Source: a virus. Taken from it: a stretch of 64,000 nucleotides of DNA. Location of the stretch: the IMG/VR virus record IMGVR_UViG_3300045988_037604. One strand, given 5' to 3'. Below, piece by piece: positions 1 to 10,025 of this stretch. The translations under genes and the position numbers were made by a program. Under the pieces are notes generated by a model, which saw nothing but the letters and a program-made list of their open reading frames with translations, was not told the DNA's origin and ran no database searches. How positions within the stretch are numbered: the stretch's first letter is position 1; each line of letters starts with the position of its first letter.

Positions 1-369
1 AGACTTTATAATAAAGAAGAAGCTGAATGGTGTAAACAAAATAATGTTCCTTATGATGGAGTTGATTATAAAGTTTATAAGAAAGATGAATGTTGGTATC
101 AATTTTGTCTAATAGGAAGTACTTGTAAAAACGCTTTAAGTTTATCTTTTACTCCTGCTGATAGTCGTCCTACAAAATATCATGGTATAACTAATGATGA
201 TTTTATTAAGTTATATGGTAAAGATAAAAATAAGATTTTAGATTTAGATTTAGATATTAAAACTAAACTTACTCTTTGTCTTACTGTTGATAAAATTCTT
301 TATACTAAATTTATTAGAAATGAAAATCAAACATCAAATAAAATTAGACCGACTTATAGGAAAAGTTGA
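1..369 (+). CDS. partial CDS (3' end; gene starts upstream of window), hypothetical virion-module protein
   Basis: Frame 1 is open from base 1 to TGA 367-369 (122 codons, RLYNKEEAEWCKQNNVPYDG...). It is absent from the ORF track because no start codon lies in the window. Strand and T-ending codon style match the following genes. Confidence 0.4.
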   Translation, partial: RLYNKEEAEWCKQNNVPYDGVDYKVYKKDECWYQFCLIGSTCKNALSLSFTPADSRPTKYHGITNDDFIKLYGKDKNKILDLDLDIKTKLTLCLTVDKILYTKFIRNENQTSNKIRPTYRKS

Positions 370-1069
370 TAATGACTTTAATATAAGTGAAAGTGATTGG
401 ATTCCTAGAGTTGCTGCTTGGACTATAGATGCTCTTTCTCAAATGAAATTACTTCCTATGGAACGTAAGAAAAGAATATTAGATGTTAAAGAAAGAATAG
501 CTATATTTCCTTGTACTCTTAATGCTAAAGAAATTAAAGTATATGATTCCAATGGTTGTGAAATAAGAGAACTTAATAGTTCTACTTGTAATTGTAATTC
601 AGGACTAAATAGTAATACTACTAATAGTTCTGAAATTGCTGTTTTTAGACCTAATGGTAATAATCCAGTAAATTCTATGAAAGTAGGAGGAATTATAAAT
701 CCTGATGCTAATAGAAATTTTGTTATTGCTGGAAATAATATAGAACTTAATTTTGATGCAGATAGTATTGTAGTAGAAAGTTATGAAACTGCTACTTATT
801 ATGATGAATATTATGATTGTGAAGTTCCTTATATATATGAAAATGGAATTTTGCTTGAAGCTCTTGCTTGGTATATACTTTTCAAATATCTTAGTAGAGG
901 AAGTAAACATCAAGTTTATGATTTGAAAAGTAGTAGTCCTGTTACTAATCCTTTTCTTCAGTGGAATAATCTTAAAAGTAAAGCTATTGCTTCTGTTAAG
1001 AATGAAATTTATACTGCTGACGGATGGAGAAATTTCTTTTATAATTCAACTTTTGACCCAAGAAGATAA
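320..1069 (+). CDS. hypothetical virion/tail-module protein
   Basis: ORF-track entry 287..1069 opens with TTG; the first ATG is at 320 (MKIKHQIKLDRLIGK...). Stop TAA 1067-1069 lies 2 nt before the next ATG. It overlaps the preceding partial ORF by 50 nt. Confidence 0.7.
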   Translation: MKIKHQIKLDRLIGKVDNDFNISESDWIPRVAAWTIDALSQMKLLPMERKKRILDVKERIAIFPCTLNAKEIKVYDSNGCEIRELNSSTCNCNSGLNSNTTNSSEIAVFRPNGNNPVNSMKVGGIINPDANRNFVIAGNNIELNFDADSIVVESYETATYYDEYYDCEVPYIYENGILLEALAWYILFKYLSRGSKHQVYDLKSSSPVTNPFLQWNNLKSKAIASVKNEIYTADGWRNFFYNSTFDPRR

Positions 1070-1071
1070 TT

Positions 1072-4000
1072 ATGGAAATAATACCAAAACTTAATTTAAA
1101 TAGGAATCCTAAAGATATTCCTAATAATAGTATCGTTGCTGCTAAAAATATGGTAGTAGATGATACTGGTAGTTATCTTACTAATGAATGGGGATTTGGT
1201 GTAGCATTTGAATGTCCTAATGATGGAGAATTTATTTGTGGAGTTGTACCTACAAATAAAGAGTTTGTTATATTTACTTATTGTACTACAGATAAAGTTT
1301 CTAGAATATATCGCAAAACTGAGGTTTCTTCTTATGAAGTTAATATTGGTTGGAAATATTCAGGAGGAACTTTGGTTGGTTCTTATACTTATAATTACAA
1401 AGGAGAACTAATTATAGCTCTTGGTGAATATGATGCTGTCGGTTCAAATGGAGAAACTATACAAATTCCATATAAATGTTGGAATCTTGATAATACCATA
1501 AATGTTAGTCATAATCAAGAACTTGAAATACCAAATTATACATTTAAATATGATATTGTAAACGGTAATTTAACTTGTGCTGTCTATACATTTTTTATTA
1601 GATATGCTGTAAATGATTATGATTATACTAAATGGTTTCAAATAACTCCTGAAATTCCTATAATTCAATCTATTCAAAAAGAATCTCCTACTCATTCATA
1701 TTTACATGATGATAGTGTAGTAATGCTATCATCTGAAGGTTTTAAAGATTTTAATGTAAATACTAATACTATTTCTGATAAAGGAATAAATATTAGTATT
1801 ACCAATAATCCATCTACTAATTTTACTAAATATCAAATAGGATATATAGTTAAAAGAGATGAAGAAGTTTTAGGAAGAATATTTAATACTTTTAATATTA
1901 ATAATAAAAGTGTTACTTTTAATAATAATGAATATATTGAAGAAATTTCTATAGATGATATTCTTAAATCTCCTAATCAATTATACAATGTAAAGAATAT
2001 TATTAATTATAATAATAGAATTTATATTGCTAATTATGAGGAATATAAAAATGAGAATTTAACTCCAAGTAATACAAATGTTCAAATAGGTACTTCTTTC
2101 ACTGAAGTAACCCATAATAAAAAAATAATTTCTGCTAATACTCATGATATTCAAATATCTATGAATGGTACTACTACTAATACTGATAATATATCATTTA
2201 AATTATATGATTTAACTGATGAAGGAGATTATTATAAAATTGGTAACGTTAGTGCTTTTATTACAAATTATATAATTAAAACTATAAGACTATATAATAA
2301 TCTTGGAGAAGCTATAGATATATATAATGATGCCAATATTAAACTTACAGATGAAGGTAAAAAGATTTGGAATAGTTGTAAAGAAAGTTATTCTTTAGTT
2401 ATTTGTAAAAAAGGTGATAAACAAAATCCAAGTTATGCTCATGTATATAATTCTTCAAATCATAAAGTTAAATATATAAATTGGATTAAAATAAGAAAAA
2501 GTGATAGAGCTTTATTGTTTAATATTACATTTAATGATGGTGCTGCTACTGTAAAGTTTAATGGTGATAATATTTTTTGGAATGTATATATTTATGGAAC
2601 TTTTTATTTAAAATATACAGATACTGGAGTTGATATTAAGAAATATGGTTTAAATCCTGAAAATTGGAAAGGTCATTATGCTAGTTTTATTGGAGAAAAT
2701 GTTTGGGACCCAAATGTTTATACTAGAGTATATCCTTTAGGAGGTTCTAGTCCATCTTATTCTATAAAGAATGAAGAAAATACTATTATTTTAAGTGGAG
2801 TTCTAGATGAATATTATAATACATTTATTCCTAAGCAAAAATATAACATTTATATTCATTATATTAGAAAAGATAATTCTTATACTAATGGATATTATGT
2901 AGGTAATATATATTCAGATAATAGTGTTTCTATTGGTGAAACTTTTAAACCCATTATAAAGTTTAAATTTACAGTAGATAAAATTCCTAATGGATTTATA
3001 GGTTATTTCTTTTCTTATGAAGATGTCGATTATTCTGTTTCTCCTATAATTGTATTAGATAAGTCTAATAGTGAACAATCAGGATTTAAAGACTTTAAAG
3101 TTACTAATAGTAGATTTATTTATGATAATGAAGCTATTACAGGAAGTAATATGAAAGCTTTAGAATCTCAAGGTAATGGAAGTCTAAATAAAGATACAGA
3201 GAAAACTTATGTTAGAAATCAATTAAATACTCCACATATTAATTATAAACATGTTTCAGAAGATGCTAATTTAACTAAAAGTAAAGCTGGTATAATTTAT
3301 GAAGATTCAGATAATGAGAAAGAAGTTAAAACTTTATATCGACTTACAGATAATTATTATGATGTAGTTGAAGATGAAACTTCTGTTAATTATATTCCTA
3401 ATTATTATACTAAAGAAAAAGTAATTTCTTTTAGAGATACTACTACTGATGAAAATCTTATAGAATGTATAATTAATCCTACAGCTTCTTATGTTACTAA
3501 TAAAGAAGGTGCTAAAATAGCTTATAAAGTAAAAGCAGATTGTGGATATAATTATTCTAAATATTTATTAGCTGCTAGTAGTATAAAACAAGATTATAAT
3601 AAAGGAGCTGTATCTTTAGTTTCTAGTACAGGTAAAGCTTTAGGTGTATTTTATAATTCTGTTATATCTCCTGATAGACTTCATGATTTTCTTGAATTAA
3701 AAGGTGCTTATATTAGTAAACCAAGTAAAAGTTTTACAAATTATAATAAAGATTATATTGATAATTTTAATAAGACTATTCGTAGAAGTAATGTAATATC
3801 TGATGAAAGTCTTATTAATGGATTTAGACTATTTGATACTGAACAATATAGAATGATTAAGGAGAATAAAGGAAATATTACTAATATTGTTGGTATAGGT
3901 CTTTATCTTCTTGTTCATACTGAATATAGTTTATTTGTATTTGATAGAACTCCTAAACTTACTCAAAGTAGTCAACTTCAAATACCTGATGTATTTGATA

Positions 4001-6216
4001 TAGATTATCAAGAAGTTCTTCCAGCTAATGAAGGATTTGGAGGTCTTTCAAACAAAGAACAATCTATTATTAGTAAAAACGGATATATATGGTATGATAG
4101 TGTAAATAAGATAATATTTAAATATGAAAATGGTAAAGCTTCTGTTTTATCTTCTGATATTAATAATTTTATCAAAGATTTAAATATTAGTACTGTTGTT
4201 TTTGGTGAAGATTTGATTACTAATCGAATTATTATTTGTATTTATGTTTCAGTTAATAATAAGGATTATCCTATAACTATTAGTTATAATTTCAATACAA
4301 ACACATTTATAAGTCTTCATGATTATAGTTTTACTAATTGTTATAGAACTTATAATAAAGCTTATTTCTTTGATAGAAATAAAGATAGAAATAGACTTTA
4401 TGCTTTTTATGAATCTGAAACAGGATATAAAAATCTTAGAAATAATGATAGTCTTTATTATCCTTTATATGAAAGTAAAAATGAAACTAGTGAAAGTAAA
4501 CCATTAAATCCTAGTCCAGGAACTATTATAATTGTAGCAAATGTAGATGAAGTTGAAACAATTGCTACATATCCTAACCTAATTAATGTAGATTATAGAT
4601 TGCTTAATGTGAATGTAGGTATTAGTGGTAGACAATATTTTTCTTTCTACTTAGGTAATAGTAAAACTAATGAAGAAATAGTATCATATTATAATAATAC
4701 TGATGGTTCTTCTATAATTACTATACGTTTTAAAAATACTGATTTTAATAAAATATATGATTATGAAAATAATTATCTATATTATAAATCATATTTGACT
4801 GAAGATGATAGAATAAAAGATGTTAATTCTACTATTAGTAATTATATAGAAAATTCTAGTTCTTATAATCAATCACAACTTGTAGAAGTAGAACATCAAG
4901 ATGATAAAGATATAATAAATGATAAAATAAATATATCTAAATTAAATGGTAGTCTTATAAATCCAATAAGTGTTGATTGGGAAGATTTAGATGGAAATAA
5001 GATTGGAGGTATAAAATATTTATCAATTAAAAATGATTTAATTATTACTAAAACTGCAACAAATTATAATGTTATTGTAAACAAAGGAAATAAAATTATA
5101 AAAGTGACTCATGAAGATTATACTTTTAAAATTCCTACTGTTTATAGAACAGAAAATAATATTATATTTAAAAATAATACAAAAGTTGGTCATGCTCCTA
5201 TTAAATATGAATTTTATTTTATTATAGATGATAATAATGAAATAGATAGTGGCATAGTTAAAACAATAAATAATTCTGCCGATGATACAGAACTTGTTAT
5301 AACAAATAAATGGACTAATGGTTTAAAAATTTATTGTTATTTAGATAATAAACTTATTAAAACTATTAAAGTTATTACAGGTACTAATTTAAAATCTCCT
5401 ATTGTAAGAATAACTGATAATAAAATAAGCATATATACAGATGATTTAGATAACGATTATAAAACATATTATACTTTAGATGGTACAACTCCTACTAATG
5501 AAAGTAATATATATAATGAAGAAATAGAATTTGATGTTAATAAAGACATTGTTATCAAAGCTATAAATTTATGGAATCCTAAACAAGGTCTTAATATTTA
5601 TAGTAATGTTTCTACTTATAAATATTATGTACATTTAGATGATAAAACATCATTAGAAAATATAATATATAAAACTAAAGCTCTCAGCGATAATGTTATT
5701 AAAAATTATGTAGATGTTATTTATAATATAAATCCTGAACAAGCTAAATCCCTTGAAAGTATTAATTATATACTTAATGAATTTAAAGTTAAATTTAATA
5801 GTATGAATCCTGCTGAACAATTACTTAATAGAAGATTTAGTGGTAATAGTATTATTCTATATACTGATGAAACTTATACAGGAGCTATAGATATAAATGA
5901 TGGAGGAAATACAAACAATTATAATGCTTATAAACTTCCTACTTTTCAAAAAGGTCATTGGGAATTTAATTATTTTAGAGATAATTGTACCAATAGTCTT
6001 GAAAATGGAAAATTTAAAGCTCTTGTATTTAATAAAGATAAAAATGAATACGAACTTAAAGAAGTAACAGATAAAGACATAACTGAATTATATAATAAAA
6101 TACATAGCGATAATAAATCCCTAATATATGGTAAATATATTATTGCTAGATTTATTTTTAATAATGATAAACGAATTAAATTTGAAGGAATTACATTTAT
6201 AACTAATACGTATTAA
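1072..6216 (+). CDS. large tail-associated / host-recognition structural protein (1714 aa) with a chitobiase-C/Fn3-associated-type Ig-like module
   Basis: Uninterrupted 1714-codon ORF. KTYYTLDGTTPT (nt 5461-5496) matches the Y-x-T-x-D-G-[ST]-x-P-T signature of CHB_HEX_C / Fn3-associated domains. Size and position upstream of the ejection-protein genes fit a tail protein. The exact structural role is not determinable from sequence. Confidence 0.6.
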   Translation: MEIIPKLNLNRNPKDIPNNSIVAAKNMVVDDTGSYLTNEWGFGVAFECPNDGEFICGVVPTNKEFVIFTYCTTDKVSRIYRKTEVSSYEVNIGWKYSGGTLVGSYTYNYKGELIIALGEYDAVGSNGETIQIPYKCWNLDNTINVSHNQELEIPNYTFKYDIVNGNLTCAVYTFFIRYAVNDYDYTKWFQITPEIPIIQSIQKESPTHSYLHDDSVVMLSSEGFKDFNVNTNTISDKGINISITNNPSTNFTKYQIGYIVKRDEEVLGRIFNTFNINNKSVTFNNNEYIEEISIDDILKSPNQLYNVKNIINYNNRIYIANYEEYKNENLTPSNTNVQIGTSFTEVTHNKKIISANTHDIQISMNGTTTNTDNISFKLYDLTDEGDYYKIGNVSAFITNYIIKTIRLYNNLGEAIDIYNDANIKLTDEGKKIWNSCKESYSLVICKKGDKQNPSYAHVYNSSNHKVKYINWIKIRKSDRALLFNITFNDGAATVKFNGDNIFWNVYIYGTFYLKYTDTGVDIKKYGLNPENWKGHYASFIGENVWDPNVYTRVYPLGGSSPSYSIKNEENTIILSGVLDEYYNTFIPKQKYNIYIHYIRKDNSYTNGYYVGNIYSDNSVSIGETFKPIIKFKFTVDKIPNGFIGYFFSYEDVDYSVSPIIVLDKSNSEQSGFKDFKVTNSRFIYDNEAITGSNMKALESQGNGSLNKDTEKTYVRNQLNTPHINYKHVSEDANLTKSKAGIIYEDSDNEKEVKTLYRLTDNYYDVVEDETSVNYIPNYYTKEKVISFRDTTTDENLIECIINPTASYVTNKEGAKIAYKVKADCGYNYSKYLLAASSIKQDYNKGAVSLVSSTGKALGVFYNSVISPDRLHDFLELKGAYISKPSKSFTNYNKDYIDNFNKTIRRSNVISDESLINGFRLFDTEQYRMIKENKGNITNIVGIGLYLLVHTEYSLFVFDRTPKLTQSSQLQIPDVFDIDYQEVLPANEGFGGLSNKEQSIISKNGYIWYDSVNKIIFKYENGKASVLSSDINNFIKDLNISTVVFGEDLITNRIIICIYVSVNNKDYPITISYNFNTNTFISLHDYSFTNCYRTYNKAYFFDRNKDRNRLYAFYESETGYKNLRNNDSLYYPLYESKNETSESKPLNPSPGTIIIVANVDEVETIATYPNLINVDYRLLNVNVGISGRQYFSFYLGNSKTNEEIVSYYNNTDGSSIITIRFKNTDFNKIYDYENNYLYYKSYLTEDDRIKDVNSTISNYIENSSSYNQSQLVEVEHQDDKDIINDKINISKLNGSLINPISVDWEDLDGNKIGGIKYLSIKNDLIITKTATNYNVIVNKGNKIIKVTHEDYTFKIPTVYRTENNIIFKNNTKVGHAPIKYEFYFIIDDNNEIDSGIVKTINNSADDTELVITNKWTNGLKIYCYLDNKLIKTIKVITGTNLKSPIVRITDNKISIYTDDLDNDYKTYYTLDGTTPTNESNIYNEEIEFDVNKDIVIKAINLWNPKQGLNIYSNVSTYKYYVHLDDKTSLENIIYKTKALSDNVIKNYVDVIYNINPEQAKSLESINYILNEFKVKFNSMNPAEQLLNRRFSGNSIILYTDETYTGAIDINDGGNTNNYNAYKLPTFQKGHWEFNYFRDNCTNSLENGKFKALVFNKDKNEYELKEVTDKDITELYNKIHSDNKSLIYGKYIIARFIFNNDKRIKFEGITFITNTY

Positions 6217-6217
6217 T

Positions 6218-8833
6218 ATGGTATATCAATTAAAAAGAACTCAAACTAATAATAGACCTCAAGCATTTTGGGGTTCTCTTATTCCTTCAGCATTAAGTTT
6301 TGTTGGAGGTCTTATTACTAGTAGTCAGCAAGCTAAAGCTCAAAGACGAGCTTTGGAAGAACAACAAAGACTTGCTAAACAACAACTTGATATTAGTAAT
6401 CAAAATCAATTAGCTACTACTCTTAATAACTATGCTATTGCTCAACAATCTTATGACGATAAAGATTACAATCTTAAATATCGTATAGGAGGAGTTAAAA
6501 GACTTGGTGGCAGAAATATTATGATTACTGATGGAGGTAATGCTAAGAGAATAGGAAACAACACATATCTTCTACGGGGGGGTTCTCATGAAGATATTAA
6601 TGAAACTGGTCAAACTGGCATAGGTATTAATGTTGGTGGTAATGAGATTGAAGCTGAAGGTGGTGAAGTTGCTCAACGTAAGGGCAACTCTTTACGTATA
6701 TATTCAGCTCAACCTATTCTTGGTGGTATAAGTCCTGCTGAAGCTATAATGAGAGGATATAATAAAGATAGAGTATTTAATGCTCAACAAAGATTTAAAA
6801 AGAATAATGGTATTAAAGATGACGGTAGTCAACAAAGAAATGGTGGTTTAACTTCTAAGGATAGAGGTTCTTCTAAACATCCTTATCCTTCTGTAGCATC
6901 TAAAGATTTTGCAGGTGGTAATAGAAGTTATCCTATTCCAACTAAAGCTGATGCTATTGATGCTTTAAGACTTGCAGGTCTTCATGGAAGAAGCGACGTT
7001 AGAAGTAAGGTTTATAGTAAATATCCTGAACTTAGAAAGAAAGTTGGAGATAATCGTCCTAAAGCTTTAGACGGTGACGAATTTACTCCAATAAAAGGAG
7101 GTTATTACCCTAAAAGTGATGAGCAACGAATAACTAATTGGATGTCTTATTGGTTAAATCATAGAAGAAAACAACTATATAATAATATGAAAAAAACTTC
7201 TATTAGAAAAGAAGATGCTGGAAGTTGGTTAGGTAATGGTCGCCCTGAATTTACATTTAAACTTATAAAAGGTATGTCTCCTGAAAGAAGAAAAATAAAT
7301 GGAGTATTTTATAATCAAATAAATAGAGCAGCCAATGCAACAATAGATGAATTTAATACTATTAGTAATCCTAATTATCTTGGAGAATTTGATGAAGATG
7401 GAAAATTGATAAGATATAATATTAAAAATAAGAAATTTAATAATGGTGTTAGAGTACATGAAAGAACTCATGCTTCTGATGCTTATCCTCAATATAAAGC
7501 TATAGAAGATATTTTAAAGAAAGGAAAAGTTAATTTTCCAAATAGTGAATTTATAGATGATGAAGCAAAACATTATCATACTGACCCAAATGAAATATAT
7601 AGTAGAATAATGCAATATAGATATAATAATAAATTAAAACCAAATCAAGTTGTAGATAAGAAATACATTAATTCTCATAGAAAACAACTTAAAGATTTAG
7701 ATTTAAATATATTTGATGATAATACTCTTAGTAAATTTTTTAATGAAGTTGCAGATAATGGAAAAAGAAATAATACAAATTCTACATATATAGCAAGATT
7801 TGGTACTTATTTTAATAATAATACTAGACATATTGCTAAAAGAATAGGAGGTCTTACTAACCCCCCCGTAGAAAGATTTAAATGTGGTGGTCATATAAGA
7901 CCTAAAGCAGAAAAAGGTATGCTTGCTCCTATTTATAGTTATGGTAGTGATAGAAGAAGACTTCCTTCATTTGCTCCTATAGATGTTACTCCAAGAGCTA
8001 TTCCAAATTTTAAACTTGTATCTGCTCCAACTAATACAAAAACTCCTTTTGACCCAAATAGTGTTCCTTTTTTAGGAAATCAATCTACTTTTAAACCTGC
8101 TACTCAAGATTATATTGGTTTAGGTATTGATACTCTTGCTGCTTTAGGTAGTGGAATGTTTACTCGTTCTGCGTATAATAAAATGAATTTTGATTATGCT
8201 TTACCTAATTATGTAGATGAATCTCCAGTAGCATTTGATACAACGTATCATAATGAAGCTCAACAAGCAAATATAGAACGTAATAGACTTAATGCTCGAA
8301 ATTTGATTAGAGGTAATACTGCTAGTGCTCAAACATCTTTAGGTCGTATGCAACAAAGCGATGTAGATGCTATGATGGAAACTAATAAACTTCTTGATGA
8401 AAAGAGTAACAAAGAAGTTGAACTTAGAAATCAAAATGCTGCAAATGAACAACAAGTTCGTGCTAGAAACGCTGCTGCTAGAAATCAGTATTATCAAAAT
8501 GTTGCACAAATTAAAAATGCTGCAATTGAAGCTAAAAACAATATGGAGCTTGCTAAGGCTCAAAGTATTGGAGCAGATTTAAGTGGTCTTTCTCAAGCAT
8601 GGACTAATTTTGCTGGTAGTGTTGAAAGTAGATATGATAATCGTCAAAAAGAAGCTATTATTGCTGCTACCGCTAAAGACCCTGCTGTATTATCTAACGC
8701 TGTTCAATTTGGATATAATTTTAGTCCTGAAGTTCTTGCTGCTATTTATAATAGTACAGATGATGATAATCTTAAAAGTTTAGCATTATCACAATTAAGT
8801 ACTAAAAATAGACTTAGATATGGTATTAGATAA
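6218..8833 (+). CDS. virion structural or ejection protein (871 aa), function unknown
   Basis: ATG lies 1 nt after the previous stop. There is an N-terminal hydrophobic segment (FWGSLIPSALSFVGGLITS) and a Q/N/A-rich coiled-coil-like C-terminal third. It carries motif copies at 6571 and 7859 in frame. Confidence 0.7.
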   Translation: MVYQLKRTQTNNRPQAFWGSLIPSALSFVGGLITSSQQAKAQRRALEEQQRLAKQQLDISNQNQLATTLNNYAIAQQSYDDKDYNLKYRIGGVKRLGGRNIMITDGGNAKRIGNNTYLLRGGSHEDINETGQTGIGINVGGNEIEAEGGEVAQRKGNSLRIYSAQPILGGISPAEAIMRGYNKDRVFNAQQRFKKNNGIKDDGSQQRNGGLTSKDRGSSKHPYPSVASKDFAGGNRSYPIPTKADAIDALRLAGLHGRSDVRSKVYSKYPELRKKVGDNRPKALDGDEFTPIKGGYYPKSDEQRITNWMSYWLNHRRKQLYNNMKKTSIRKEDAGSWLGNGRPEFTFKLIKGMSPERRKINGVFYNQINRAANATIDEFNTISNPNYLGEFDEDGKLIRYNIKNKKFNNGVRVHERTHASDAYPQYKAIEDILKKGKVNFPNSEFIDDEAKHYHTDPNEIYSRIMQYRYNNKLKPNQVVDKKYINSHRKQLKDLDLNIFDDNTLSKFFNEVADNGKRNNTNSTYIARFGTYFNNNTRHIAKRIGGLTNPPVERFKCGGHIRPKAEKGMLAPIYSYGSDRRRLPSFAPIDVTPRAIPNFKLVSAPTNTKTPFDPNSVPFLGNQSTFKPATQDYIGLGIDTLAALGSGMFTRSAYNKMNFDYALPNYVDESPVAFDTTYHNEAQQANIERNRLNARNLIRGNTASAQTSLGRMQQSDVDAMMETNKLLDEKSNKEVELRNQNAANEQQVRARNAAARNQYYQNVAQIKNAAIEAKNNMELAKAQSIGADLSGLSQAWTNFAGSVESRYDNRQKEAIIAATAKDPAVLSNAVQFGYNFSPEVLAAIYNSTDDDNLKSLALSQLSTKNRLRYGIR
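6571..6584 (+). repeat. G7-core motif copy S1 (forward)
   Basis: atatcTTCTACGGGGGGGTTctc, inside gene 6218..8833, read CTA-CGG-GGG-GGT (LLRGG). Confidence 0.9.
7859..7872 (-). repeat. G7-core motif copy S2 (reverse)
   Basis: The plus strand reads actAACCCCCCCGTAGAaag, inside gene 6218..8833, read AAC-CCC-CCC-GTA-GAA (TNPPVE). Confidence 0.9.
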
Positions 8834-8846
8834 CTAAAATAAATTA

Positions 8847-8892
8847 AATACTTCTGATGGTGTTGTAACTGTCAGAAGTATTACTTATTTTT
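8847..8892 (+). terminator. rho-independent terminator after the 871-aa gene
   Basis: An 11-bp stem (8847-8857 aatacttctga / 8872-8882 tcagaagtatt) with a 14-nt loop, followed by a T-run at 8888-8892. It sits 14 nt after stop codon 8831-8833. Confidence 0.6.
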
Positions 8893-8921
8893 GTCATATT
8901 AATCTTTTAAATAATAAACAA

Positions 8922-10013
8922 ATGGCAAATCCAAAACAATATCAAGGAATACAAATAGGTGGTGTAGTTCCACAAAGAATACTTGGACAAAGAGATTTAT
9001 CTCCTCTTCAAAATTATGTTCAGACTCGTAATCAAATGTGGGAAGATGCTATTAAACAAAAATCTGCTATTGATGTAGCTTTAGGTAATCTTAAACTTAA
9101 TGCTGCTGAAGATAAATGGAAATATGATTATGGTCGTAGGATTCAAAAGAAGATTGATGATGCAGCTAAATTTGGTGATTATAGTAGAGCTTTAGATACT
9201 GCTGTACTTGAAGCTGGAAAGGCTGTTTCATCTCCTGAAGTTATGGGTCGTATTCGAGCAAATGAAGCTTATAAGAAAAAGAAACAAGAAGTTGATACTA
9301 ATGGTAATATTAGTGCTTTAACTAAGAAAGCTTGGAATATTGAAAATAAATATCACTATCAAGATACTTATGACGATGAAGGAAATATAGTAGGTGGTAG
9401 TGAATGGAATGCTAGTTGGGAACCAGTTGAAGAAGTAGATAATTTAACTATGATGAAAAATGCTATTTCTATGATTGGTATTAGTAGTAGAGAATCTTCT
9501 AGAACAACAGGTGATAATACAACTACTGCTGAGGGTACAGGTTCTAGTTTTCAAAAAGTTAGAGGTTCTAGTAGAATGGGTCTTTCTTATGCTCAAGTTA
9601 AATCTCAATTAGTAGATGTTATAAATAATGACCCTAAATGGAAAGCTAGTCTTGAACAAGAATATAGAGTTAATAAAATTCTTCTTAAAGATATTGATAC
9701 TCAAATTGCTAATACTCAAGACCCTTTGGAAATACAAAGACTTAAAGAGCAAAAGAATATGTATCAATCTAACATAACTAACGATAGAGGTTTTATAACT
9801 GCTAATTATGTAAATATTTTATTTAAGAAATATCCTAGTCTTATTAAGAATTTTGCATTTAGTAGAACTTCTAGTACTTCAACAGATATGACTGGAAAAG
9901 ATGATTATGCTAGAGGAAGTGGAAGTGGAAAAGGTTCTATGGAAGGCAAAGGTCCTTACGCTCCATCAGATAATCCGCAAGATAGTGTTTATGGTCCTCA
10001 AGGTAAAAATTAA
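8922..10013 (+). CDS. hypothetical virion protein (363 aa)
   Basis: ORF-track ORF on the module strand with protein-like composition. I recognise no motif. Confidence 0.7.
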   Translation: MANPKQYQGIQIGGVVPQRILGQRDLSPLQNYVQTRNQMWEDAIKQKSAIDVALGNLKLNAAEDKWKYDYGRRIQKKIDDAAKFGDYSRALDTAVLEAGKAVSSPEVMGRIRANEAYKKKKQEVDTNGNISALTKKAWNIENKYHYQDTYDDEGNIVGGSEWNASWEPVEEVDNLTMMKNAISMIGISSRESSRTTGDNTTTAEGTGSSFQKVRGSSRMGLSYAQVKSQLVDVINNDPKWKASLEQEYRVNKILLKDIDTQIANTQDPLEIQRLKEQKNMYQSNITNDRGFITANYVNILFKKYPSLIKNFAFSRTSSTSTDMTGKDDYARGSGSGKGSMEGKGPYAPSDNPQDSVYGPQGKN

Positions 10014-10025
10014 ATAAATAATATT

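Noticed and set aside
287-369. Programmed frameshift fusing the partial ORF 1..369 to ORF 287..1069, since both frames are open over 83 nt.
   Set aside because: I saw no slippery heptamer or downstream structure. An ordinary 50-nt overlap with ATG 320 explains the arrangement. It cannot be supported from sequence alone.
605-913. Antisense ORF (102 aa) inside gene 320..1069, and the many similar track ORFs nested antisense or out of frame in the + strand genes. Examples are 1208..1411, 7229..7492, 12653..13123, 19999..20460, 21832..22224, 23089..23583, 31309..32022 and 30238..30525.
   Set aside because: Their translations are I/F/K/N/S-rich low complexity, typical of random open frames in AT-rich DNA. 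All are fully nested in long ORFs that carry recognisable motifs and keep the operon strand.
7457-7471. HERTH (HExxH) in the 871-aa protein as a metallopeptidase site.
   Set aside because: A five-residue pattern with no recognisable third ligand or surrounding zincin context. It may occur by chance in an 871-aa protein.
6571-7872. Convergent motif pairs as invertase-type recombination sites flanking invertible segments.
   Set aside because: Inverting 6571-7872, 15590-17925 or 22364-25832 would destroy the single long ORFs that contain them. The reverse strands hold only short junk ORFs, and no recombinase gene is in the window.
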